This document shows positions 7,249 through 14,635 of a DNA stretch of 18,331 nucleotides, piece by piece (the first letter of the stretch is position 1; every line of letters begins with the position of its first letter). Made by a program: the position numbers and the translations under genes. The notes under the pieces were generated by a model. It had not been told where the DNA came from. It saw only the letters and a program-made list of their open reading frames with translations, and ran no database searches. Source of the DNA: Acidimicrobiales bacterium (lineage in GTDB: Bacteria; Actinomycetota; Acidimicrobiia; Acidimicrobiales; Palsa-688). The DNA lies in the NCBI GenBank assembly GCA_035702855.1, contig DASSZM010000141.1, positions 1 to 18,331 on the forward strand, read 5' to 3'.

Positions 7249-9051
7249 CTACTGCGGCGGGCCTGCCTTGAGGGCGATGGTCGTCGAGTGCTGCGCGCCC
7301 GACGAGGTCACGTAGCCGAGCGAGACGCTCTGGCCGGTGTGCAGCTGCAGGATCTGCTTGGTGAGGCCGGCGGGCGAGGTGACCGGCTGCCCGTTGATGC
7401 TCGTGATGATGTCGCCGGAGCTGAGGCCGGCGGTGGCCGCCGAGGTGCCGGGCAGGACGTTGGCGATCGCTGCGCCCGAGGTGGTCGGCGGCGTGGTCGG
7501 CGTCCCCGAGGTCCCGGAGGCGCCGAGCCCGAACCCCCCGAACCCCCCGAGGCCGCTGCTGGCGCCGGCGTTGTAGAGCTGGGTCGGAGTGGTGACCTCG
7601 ACCCCGAGGAACGGGGTGGCCCCGATGTGGACCTGGCTCGAGGAGCGCCCCGCCTCGATCTGTCGGGCGATCCGCATCGCCTCGTTGATCGGGATGGAGA
7701 AACCCTCCGTGCCGGCATTGGACGGCGTCTGGAAGGTGAACGAGCCGTTGCTGGAAGCAGCGGTGTCGATGCCGACCACCCTGCCGTTGGCGGTGACCAG
7801 CGGGCCGCCGGAGTCGCCGGGGCGGATGTCGGCGTTGCTCTGGATCAGGCCGTGCAGGGTCTCGGTGGTGCCGCTGCCCTGGTCGCTGGCCGTGATCGAC
7901 TGGTTGAGGGCGGTGATGGACCCGCCGGCCACGCTCGGCGTCCCACCCGCCCCGCCGGCGTTGCCGATACCGACCACCGGCTCACCGGTGCGCAGCGGGG
8001 ACGAGTTGCCGAGCTTCACCGTGGACAACCCGGAGGCGTGCTGGAGCTGCAGGACGGCGATGTCGTCGGTGCGGTCGTAGCCGACGACCTTCGCCCGGTA
8101 GGTCCGGCCGTTGCCGAGGTCGGTCACCGAGAGCGCGGTCTCGCCCTCGATCACGTGGTTGTTGGTGAGCACCTCCCCGCTGGAGGTCAGCACCATCCCG
8201 GTGCCGGCCGCCTGCTCGCTCTGATAGGCAAGCTGGGTGTTGATGTCCACCAGGCCGGGATCGACCTTGTTGGCGATGGCGGTGACGTCGGACGGGCTCC
8301 CCGCCGAGGTGGACACCGACCGGCCGCTGCTGCCGGACGCGCCGGGGACCCCCAACCCGCTCGAGCCGCTCGATCCGGAGCCGAAGCTCCCCCCGCTCGA
8401 CCCGGAACCGAAGCTCCCCCCACTCGACCCGGTGCCGCTCGAGCCGGACGGAGCCGTGGCCGAGGGCTGCGACGTGCTGTCGAGGCCGGCGCCGATCCCG
8501 ACGCCGGCACCGCCGACGATCAGGGCACCGGCGGCGAGCAGGGCCGCCACCGCCCCCCGGCGCCGCCGGCGGCGGGTACGGGGATCGGGGTTGTAGCCGT
8601 AGCCGTAGCCGTAGGGCTGGCCGCCCCATGCGCCGTGACCGCCCTGGCCGTAGCCGGGGTAGGGGCCGGGGCCCCACTGCCCGCCGGCCCACGGGTTGGC
8701 CGAGGGCCCGGCGGGCCCCCAGCCCTGGACGCCCGGCTGCCCGTCGTGGCCCTGCCCGCCGGCCGGGGACGGACCGTCGCCACCCGGGTGCCAGCCGGGG
8801 GGCGGCGGCCAGGCACCGGGGTGCGGGCCCCAGCCGCCGTACGGCTGCCCCCCGCCCCCGGGGGCCGGCTGCTCAGCCCCGGGGGCCGGCTGCTCACCGG
8901 CGGCCTCACCCGAGGGGCCGGGGTCGGCGCCGGCGGGCGAATGCACGTGCCAGCCGGGGGCCGGGGACGCCTCCTCGCCGCTGCCCGCCCCGCCGCCACT
9001 TGCGGGAAGGGATCGAGTCCAGTCGTTCCGGGTGTCGTCTTCGTCGGGCAT
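7249..9051 (-). CDS. htrA: HtrA/DegP-family trypsin-like serine protease with PDZ domain and long disordered N-terminal cytoplasmic region
   Basis: Catalytic triad contexts TNNHVI (His), DIAVLQL (Asp) and GDSGGPL (Ser) are present, with a C-terminal PDZ-like region. A single TM helix (AVAALLAAGALIVGGAGVGIGAGL) follows an RRRRRR stretch. The first ~170 aa are Pro/Gly/Trp/Tyr-rich low complexity, as in mycobacterial HtrA/PepD. ATG at 9051 with GGAG upstream. Confidence 0.85.
   Translation of the reverse strand: MPDEDDTRNDWTRSLPASGGGAGSGEEASPAPGWHVHSPAGADPGPSGEAAGEQPAPGAEQPAPGGGGQPYGGWGPHPGAWPPPPGWHPGGDGPSPAGGQGHDGQPGVQGWGPAGPSANPWAGGQWGPGPYPGYGQGGHGAWGGQPYGYGYGYNPDPRTRRRRRRGAVAALLAAGALIVGGAGVGIGAGLDSTSQPSATAPSGSSGTGSSGGSFGSGSSGGSFGSGSSGSSGLGVPGASGSSGRSVSTSAGSPSDVTAIANKVDPGLVDINTQLAYQSEQAAGTGMVLTSSGEVLTNNHVIEGETALSVTDLGNGRTYRAKVVGYDRTDDIAVLQLQHASGLSTVKLGNSSPLRTGEPVVGIGNAGGAGGTPSVAGGSITALNQSITASDQGSGTTETLHGLIQSNADIRPGDSGGPLVTANGRVVGIDTAASSNGSFTFQTPSNAGTEGFSIPINEAMRIARQIEAGRSSSQVHIGATPFLGVEVTTPTQLYNAGASSGLGGFGGFGLGASGTSGTPTTPPTTSGAAIANVLPGTSAATAGLSSGDIITSINGQPVTSPAGLTKQILQLHTGQSVSLGYVTSSGAQHSTTIALKAGPPQ
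8375..8428. repeat. 27-bp tandem direct repeat x2 (ccggaRccgaagctccccccRctcgac) inside htrA linker
   Basis: Units at 8375-8401 and 8402-8428 differ at 2 positions. They encode the repeated GSSGGSFGS linker. A further GTAGCC x4 microrepeat sits at about 8591-8615, encoding YGYGYGY. Confidence 0.7.
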
Positions 9052-9261
9052 CTCACCACTCCTCAGGGCACCGGGTGGGATCTCCTGCCACCGGGCTTCT
9101 CGTCACCAGTTATCCCCATCTGCCTGAGCCTTCGCTGAAAGCGCCCTAGGAGTTGCTCCAAACGCCGCGGGTGCGTCCCGGCGACACGCCGCCGGCCGCA
9201 CCAGCACCACGGAGCGCGCTCGCCCCGGCCTGCAGTCGCGCCGACGGTGGCACCAGCCGCC

Positions 9262-10239
9262 TCAGCCCTCGCCGCCAGTCGCCGGGAGGGCCGCCACCTG
9301 TTCGGGGCTGGGCCCGGCGCCCAGCGGCGGCCGTCCCCGCTGCTCGTCCCAGGCGAGCACGTCGGCCGCCGTCCGCTCGAGCGGGGTGGCGGTCAGCCCG
9401 ACGGCGCGGGCCGCCGACGCATCCCGCTGGAACACCACCCAGGGGTCGTCGCGGCCGAGGACCAGCGGCAGCCCGTCGCCGAGCCCGGCCGCCGGCACCC
9501 GCTGCGGCGCGCCTCGGCCGGCCGCCGACACGCAGGCGTCGATGAGGCCGGCGAGGGTGGTCGGCTCCGCCGGCCCGACGGCGTTGTAGGTGCCGGGGCG
9601 GTCCGCCTCGAGGAGGGACACCACCAGGCAGGCGAGGTCGCCCGAGTCGACGACCTGCACCGGCTGGTCGAGCCGCTCGGGGACGGGCGCCCGCCCGTCG
9701 GCGGCGGCGCGGACCCACCAGGTGAAGCGGTCGGTCGGGTCGTGGGGACCGGCGACGATGCCGGGACGGACGATCGTCGCCCGGTCGCCGAAGGCGGCCA
9801 GGGCGTCGTCCTCGCAGGCCACCTTCAGCGGACCGTACGTCTCGTCGGTGATCTCCTCGGTGCTGCGCTCGGCAGGCAGGCGGGGAGCCGACTCGGCGAG
9901 CGGACCGTCGGCGACGGCGAAGTCGTACACCGAGCCGGTGGAGATGAGCAGGTAGCGGCCCGCGCCGCCGTCTCCGCCACCGGCAGCGAGGGTGTCGGCG
10001 ACCTGGCGGACGTGGCGGGGGACGTAGGCGCTGACGTCGACCACGGCGTCCCAGCGGCGGCCGGTCAGGGCGCCGTAGTCGCCGACCTCCCGGTCCCCCA
10101 CCAGCCGGGGCACGCCGGGGAACAGCTCCCGGCCGGTCCGGCCGCGGCCGAAGAGGGTCACGGCGTGACCCCGCTCCAACGCCACGTCGACGATCGCCCG
10201 CCCGACGAAGACGGTCCCACCGAGCACCAGGATCTCCAT
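9262..10239 (-). CDS. NAD(P)-dependent epimerase/dehydratase family (SDR-like) protein
   Basis: From the ATG at 10239: MEILVLGGTVFVGRAIVD... is a Rossmann GxxGxxG-type motif; a ...LISTGSVYD active-site-like segment follows. The preceding 62 aa of the six-frame ORF overlap the upstream gene in another frame and are rejected. Confidence 0.7.
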   Translation of the reverse strand: MEILVLGGTVFVGRAIVDVALERGHAVTLFGRGRTGRELFPGVPRLVGDREVGDYGALTGRRWDAVVDVSAYVPRHVRQVADTLAAGGGDGGAGRYLLISTGSVYDFAVADGPLAESAPRLPAERSTEEITDETYGPLKVACEDDALAAFGDRATIVRPGIVAGPHDPTDRFTWWVRAAADGRAPVPERLDQPVQVVDSGDLACLVVSLLEADRPGTYNAVGPAEPTTLAGLIDACVSAAGRGAPQRVPAAGLGDGLPLVLGRDDPWVVFQRDASAARAVGLTATPLERTAADVLAWDEQRGRPPLGAGPSPEQVAALPATGGEG

Positions 10240-10300
10240 CCGGGCGAGCCTACCCAGCCGGGGAAAGACGCCCCCACCCCCGGGCGGGCGCCGCCTGGCG

Positions 10301-11197
10301 CTACCGGCCGTCGATGCCGGCGGCGGCCTGCTCGGCGGCGGCGAGCACCCGCACCACGTCCAGGCCGAAGCGGACGTCGCAGGGGTGCCCGGTGTCGCCC
10401 GAGCGGATGGCGAGGAGCAGGTCATCCACCGCCCGCCGGTAGGCGTCGGCGACCGTCGTGGGGTCCTCGGGGCGGTGCAGCACGCCCCGCTCGCCGTAGA
10501 AGGTGGCCCGCCGCTCCCGGGCCGCCGGCGGGGCGTCGAGGGCGAGGATCATCGAGCCGGTGCCGCCGTTGCGGTGCGCGGTGGTGAGCACGACCGTGTC
10601 GCCCGGGCCGCGGACGGCGGCGACGTTGTCCACCGGGCCCAGCCCGGCGGTGACCGTCGCCAGGGCGTGGGGGCCGATGTCCCACAGCGCCCCCCGCTCC
10701 CGCCGCCAGGCCGAGGTGGCGTAAGGGCTGCCGGCGACGAAGATCGAGCCCAGCTCCACGTAGTTGGCGATGCTCCAACCGCCCCGCGCCAGCTGGTCCC
10801 ACCAGGGGCCGAGCCCGGGGCTGAAGCGGGCGGTGAAGAACACCACCGACGCCACCCCGGTCGTCGCCGCCGCCGAGGCGACCGCCGCCGCCGCCGGCAC
10901 GTCGAAGGCCAGCGGCTTGTCCAGCAGCAGGTGCCGGCCGGCGGCGGCGGCCTGCTCCGCCATGCGGGCCTGGACGTCGGGCGGCAGGGCGACGGCGACC
11001 GCGTCGACGTCGCCCAGGATGGCGACGGGATCGGACGTCCCCCGGCACCCGAGCTCACCCGCCAGGGCGGCGGCCCGCCCGGCGTCGCGGCCCCACACGG
11101 CGACCAGGTCGACGTCGGGGTGGGCGACCAGGCCGGGACCGTGCACCGTCGCCGCCCAGTGGCCGGTGCCGAGAAGCGCGAAACGGACCTTGCTCAT
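10301..11197 (-). CDS. Gfo/Idh/MocA family NAD(P)-binding oxidoreductase
   Basis: MSKVRFALLGTGHWAATVHGPGL... N-terminal Rossmann motif and the ...LLDKPLA... motif are typical of Gfo/Idh/MocA. ATG at 11197 is preceded by AAGGAG at 6-nt spacing and overlaps the upstream gene stop (ATGA). Confidence 0.85.
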   Translation of the reverse strand: MSKVRFALLGTGHWAATVHGPGLVAHPDVDLVAVWGRDAGRAAALAGELGCRGTSDPVAILGDVDAVAVALPPDVQARMAEQAAAAGRHLLLDKPLAFDVPAAAAVASAAATTGVASVVFFTARFSPGLGPWWDQLARGGWSIANYVELGSIFVAGSPYATSAWRRERGALWDIGPHALATVTAGLGPVDNVAAVRGPGDTVVLTTAHRNGGTGSMILALDAPPAARERRATFYGERGVLHRPEDPTTVADAYRRAVDDLLLAIRSGDTGHPCDVRFGLDVVRVLAAAEQAAAGIDGR

Positions 11198-12339
11198 GCC
11201 TGCTCCTTCGGCGGGGCCCACGGCGAGTCGCCGCCGTCGGTCGAGGTGGGGGCCGAGAGCCGGGCGGGCTCACGCGACGCCGGGTCCTCGGGGTGGGGGG
11301 CGGCGACGTCCGCCGGGGGGCGGGACCAGCGGTGATCGTCGAGCGGCTCCCCCGGCCCGGGCCCGGGGGCGGGCGGAGCATCGGGTCCGCTGGCGAACGA
11401 CGGCCAGGGTGGGAGGAGGACGTGGGGCGGCTCGGGGATCCACCAGCGGGCCACGAGCACCAACGCGAGGGCCACCCCGGCGATCACCTCCACGTCGTAC
11501 CAGGGCCGCAGGGAGGCGCCGACCACCGAGATGCCGAGGCGGTGCACCGACGCCGGGGGGTAGATCGAGTACACGACGCCGGGCGGGTCGAGGCCCACCA
11601 CCGCCGAGGCCGCCTGGCTGGCGACCGCCACCAGCACGCCGCCGGCCGCCACCACCCCGAGGCGGGCCGGGCGCCAGAAGGCGGCCGCGATCGGCACGAG
11701 GGCCCAGGCGACGGCGGCCACCAGCGTCCCGGCGAGCACGACCGCAGGCTGGTCGAAGGCGTTGCCCTGGTTGACCGACAGCAGCTGGCTGAAGGCCCGG
11801 AACGCCAGCTGGTAGTGGTCCCACGCCGGCAGCAGGGCGACGCCGAGGAGGATGCCGGCGGCCGCCATGCACAGGATCAGGGGCGCAGGACCCGACCCCC
11901 GCCGGAGCCCACCGGGGGCCCACGGCGGGGCGAGCAGGGCGACGACGGCGCCGGCGGCGCCCACCACCCACCCGGCGGCCAGCAGCAGCAGGCCCGGCCC
12001 GGGCACCTCGAGCACGCCGCCGACGGTCGAGACCACCAGCCCGAGCTCGGCCAGCGCCAGGCCGGCAGCCAGCGCCCCGCCCGCCGGGCGGGTCGGCAGG
12101 GGCACGACCAGGCCGGTGGCCACCAGCCACCCGCCGGCGAGGATCGCCTGGGCCACGACCAGCTGGGTCGAGCCGGCCATCGAGGAGTAGCCGCTCCCCT
12201 GCGGGAAGAACAGGCAGACGACGTGCAGGACGGCGGCGAGACCGAGCGGCACCGCCGAGACCAGGGCCCACCCGTCGACCCCGGCACGCGTCCGGTTCGC
12301 CGCGTCGTCGGGCGGCGGAGGGGGCGGGGGGACGATCAC
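11194..12339 (-). CDS. Hypothetical polytopic integral membrane protein (~7-8 TM helices) with Pro-rich C-terminal tail; start codon uncertain
   Basis: Long hydrophobic helices (ALVSAVPLGLAAVLHVVCLFF, LVVAQAILAGGWLVATGLVV, etc.). Stop TGA overlaps the oxidoreductase ATG. There is no in-frame ATG before the first TM helix. The GTG at 12339 is tentative; in-frame GTGs at 12405 and 12411 are also possible. No recognisable family. Confidence 0.5.
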   Translation of the reverse strand: MIVPPPPPPPDDAANRTRAGVDGWALVSAVPLGLAAVLHVVCLFFPQGSGYSSMAGSTQLVVAQAILAGGWLVATGLVVPLPTRPAGGALAAGLALAELGLVVSTVGGVLEVPGPGLLLLAAGWVVGAAGAVVALLAPPWAPGGLRRGSGPAPLILCMAAAGILLGVALLPAWDHYQLAFRAFSQLLSVNQGNAFDQPAVVLAGTLVAAVAWALVPIAAAFWRPARLGVVAAGGVLVAVASQAASAVVGLDPPGVVYSIYPPASVHRLGISVVGASLRPWYDVEVIAGVALALVLVARWWIPEPPHVLLPPWPSFASGPDAPPAPGPGPGEPLDDHRWSRPPADVAAPHPEDPASREPARLSAPTSTDGGDSPWAPPKEQA

Positions 12340-12587
12340 GGCGGCCCATTGTCGCACCGGACCCCGGTGGGCGGCGAGCACGATGGGCCGGTGATCGACA
12401 GCCACGTCCACCGGCCGGGGAGCGCCGCCGGGCTCAACGCCGCGTCGGCGGCGCTGGCCGCCGATCCCCCCCGGGGGCCTGCGGGTGGTCGGTGGGGCGA
12501 CGGTGCCCCCGGTGACGACGACCGCGCCGGCCCGGTGCGGGCCGCCCGTCGCCTCCAGGACCGGCTGCGGGTCTGAGCCCCCCGCCG

Positions 12588-13841
12588 TCAGGGTGCCTGC
12601 TGGAGCTCCCGCCAGGTCCCCCGCCTGCCGGCGGGCTCCTTGGGCAGGCCGAGCACGAGCTCGCCGAGGATGTTGCGCTGGATCTGGGACGTGCCGGCGT
12701 AGATGGTGCCCGCCCGGGCGTTGAGGAAGGTGCCGACCCACGACGCCGGGTCGTCGGGGGCGCCGACGTCGTCGGTCCCGAAGGCGGTGGTCGGCCAGCG
12801 GCCCGCCGGCTCGGTGGCGTCGGCGCCGAGGAGGTCGACGGCCAGCTCGGTGACGAGCTGGTGGTACTCGCTCCAGTACACCTTGAACACCGAGCCCTCC
12901 GGGCCGGGCGCCTCGCCGGCGACGAAGCGGGTGAGCGACCGCAGCCCCAGGTAGCGCATGATCTCGACCCGGGCGTGGGCGTCGGCCAGCCGTTGGCGGA
13001 CGAGGGGGTCGGCGGTGCGGCCCCGCCGGCGGGCGAGGCCGACGAGGCGGTCCAGCTCGGCGCGGAACAGGATCGGGTTGGTGGCCGCCGCCTCCCCCCG
13101 CTCGAAGCCGAGGAGGGTCATCGCCACCGCCCAGCCCCGGTCGACACCGCCGACGACGTTGGCGGCGTCGGTGCGGGCGTCGGTGAAGAACGTCTCGTTG
13201 AACTCCGACGCGCCGGTCAGCATCCGGATCGGGCGGACCTCCACACCGGGCTGCTCCATCGGCACCAGCAGGAAGGTGATCCCCTGGTGCTTGGGGACGT
13301 CGGGGTCGGTGCGGGCCAGCACGAAGATCCAGTTGGCCGACTGGGCCGCCGAGGTCCAGACCTTCTGGCCGTTGAGCACCCACTCGTCGCCGTCGAGCAC
13401 CGCCCGGGTGGACAGGTTGGCGAGGTCGGAGCCGGCACCTGGCTCCGAGTAGCCCTGGCACCAGCGGTGCTCGCCGGAGAGGATGCGCGGCAGGAAGTAC
13501 CGCTTCTGGTCCTCGGTCCCCCAGCGCAGCAGGGTGTTGCCGACCATCTGGATGCCGAAGGCGTCGTTGGGCGCCCCCGCCGGGACGCCCGCCCGGGCCA
13601 GCTCCTCGGCGAGCACCACCTGCTCGACCGCGGTCAGGCCGGCGCCGCCGTACTCGGCCGGCCAGGCGGCCGCCAGCAGCCCGTTGGCGGCGAGCACCTG
13701 CCGCCACTCCCCCGCCCAGCGGCGGGCCTCCTCCGGCGGCAGCGCCCCGATGCCCGACCAGCCGGCCGGGAGGTGGGAGCGGAGGAACGCCCGGATCTCC
13801 TCCCGGTAGCGCTCGGCGGCAGGCGGATAGCTCGGATCCAC
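12588..13841 (-). CDS. Acyl-CoA dehydrogenase (FadE-like)
   Basis: N-terminus DPSYPPAAERYREEIRAFL...WPAEYGG, the middle YSEPGAGSDLANLSTRA and the C-terminal IYAGTSQIQRNI... segment are classic ACAD motifs. I place the start at the GTG at 13841 (giving MDPSYPP...) because the ATG at 13877 would overlap the divergent ppgK ATG. A TAGCGT -10-like hexamer lies 7 nt upstream of this GTG, suggesting a leaderless transcript. Confidence 0.8.
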   Translation of the reverse strand: MDPSYPPAAERYREEIRAFLRSHLPAGWSGIGALPPEEARRWAGEWRQVLAANGLLAAAWPAEYGGAGLTAVEQVVLAEELARAGVPAGAPNDAFGIQMVGNTLLRWGTEDQKRYFLPRILSGEHRWCQGYSEPGAGSDLANLSTRAVLDGDEWVLNGQKVWTSAAQSANWIFVLARTDPDVPKHQGITFLLVPMEQPGVEVRPIRMLTGASEFNETFFTDARTDAANVVGGVDRGWAVAMTLLGFERGEAAATNPILFRAELDRLVGLARRRGRTADPLVRQRLADAHARVEIMRYLGLRSLTRFVAGEAPGPEGSVFKVYWSEYHQLVTELAVDLLGADATEPAGRWPTTAFGTDDVGAPDDPASWVGTFLNARAGTIYAGTSQIQRNILGELVLGLPKEPAGRRGTWRELQQAP

Positions 13842-13875
13842 GCCTCGTACGCTACCGGCGGCATGATGGGGGGCC

Positions 13876-14619
13876 ATGGAGGCGAGGATCGGCTTCGGCG
13901 TCGATTTCGGGGGGTCGGGGATCAAGGGGGCGCCGGTGGATCTCGTCACCGGTGAGCTGGCCGGCGAGCGGTTCAAGCTGGCGACCCCCCAGCCGGCGAC
14001 GCCCGAGGCGGTGGCGGGCGTGGTCGCCAAGGTCGTCTCCCACTTCGGCTGGGAGGGACCGGTGGGGGCGACGTTCCCGGGGGTGATCACCGGCGGGGTG
14101 GCGCGCACCGCCGCCAACGTGGACCCGTCGTGGATCGGCGCCGACGTCGCCGAGGTCCTGGCCGACGCCGCCGCCGGCCCGGTCGTCCCGGTCAACGACG
14201 CCGACGCCGCCGGGCTGGCCGAGGTGGTGTGGGGCGCCGCCCGCGACCACGACGGCCTGGTCCTGGTCGTCACCCTCGGGACCGGGATCGGCACGGCGCT
14301 CGTGCACCAGGGTCGGCTGGTGCCCAACCTGGAGCTGGGCCACATCGAGCTCGGGGGCGTCGACGCCGAGACCCGCGCCAGCGCCGCCGCCCGGGAGCGG
14401 GAGCGGCTCGACTGGCCGAAGTGGTCGAAGCGCCTCCAGCGCTACTTCCGTGCCCTCGAGGACTACCTCTGGCCGGACCTGATCGTGGTCGGGGGCGGGG
14501 TCAGCCGCAGGGCGGAGAAGTTCCTGCCGTTGCTGCAGCTGCGCACCCCGATCGTGGCCGCGACGCTCGAGAACCGGGCGGGCATCGTCGGCGCGGCCCT
14601 CCTCGCCACCCCCGAGTGA
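13876..14619 (+). CDS. ppgK: Polyphosphate/ATP glucokinase, ROK family
   Basis: MEARIGFGVDFGGSGIKGAPVDLVTGELAGERFKLATPQPATPEAV... closely parallels mycobacterial PpgK (GFGIDVGGSGIKGG...LTPQPATP). Stop TGA at 14617-14619. Confidence 0.85.
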   Translation: MEARIGFGVDFGGSGIKGAPVDLVTGELAGERFKLATPQPATPEAVAGVVAKVVSHFGWEGPVGATFPGVITGGVARTAANVDPSWIGADVAEVLADAAAGPVVPVNDADAAGLAEVVWGAARDHDGLVLVVTLGTGIGTALVHQGRLVPNLELGHIELGGVDAETRASAAARERERLDWPKWSKRLQRYFRALEDYLWPDLIVVGGGVSRRAEKFLPLLQLRTPIVAATLENRAGIVGAALLATPE

Positions 14620-14635
14620 GGGTACGGTCCGGGGC

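Noticed and set aside
6186-7271. 361-aa plus-strand ORF opposite the chrB_N-like and DUF2237 genes, and the many 60-250-aa ORFs in other frames throughout the window
   Set aside because: They are antisense or out of frame relative to well-supported genes and have no motifs. Stop-codon-poor frames are expected at this GC content.
7117-9138. 673-aa plus-strand ORF antisense to htrA, plus nested ORFs (7982..8692, 8520..9059, 8628..9149, 8696..9127)
   Set aside because: All are out-of-frame or antisense read-throughs of the repeat-rich, GC-rich htrA region. Their compositions (poly-Arg/Pro/Gly/Ala) are non-protein-like.
9100-9200. SigE-type promoter (GGAAC-N16-17-GTT) upstream of htrA
   Set aside because: The nearest candidate is GGGAC-N11-GTT, which has the wrong spacing and an imperfect -35. 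I kept only a generic AT-rich promoter-region observation.
13878-14345. N-terminal 156-aa extension of the ACAD ORF (start at 14345)
   Set aside because: It is antisense to ppgK and has low-complexity composition. ACAD homology begins at the 13841/13877 region.
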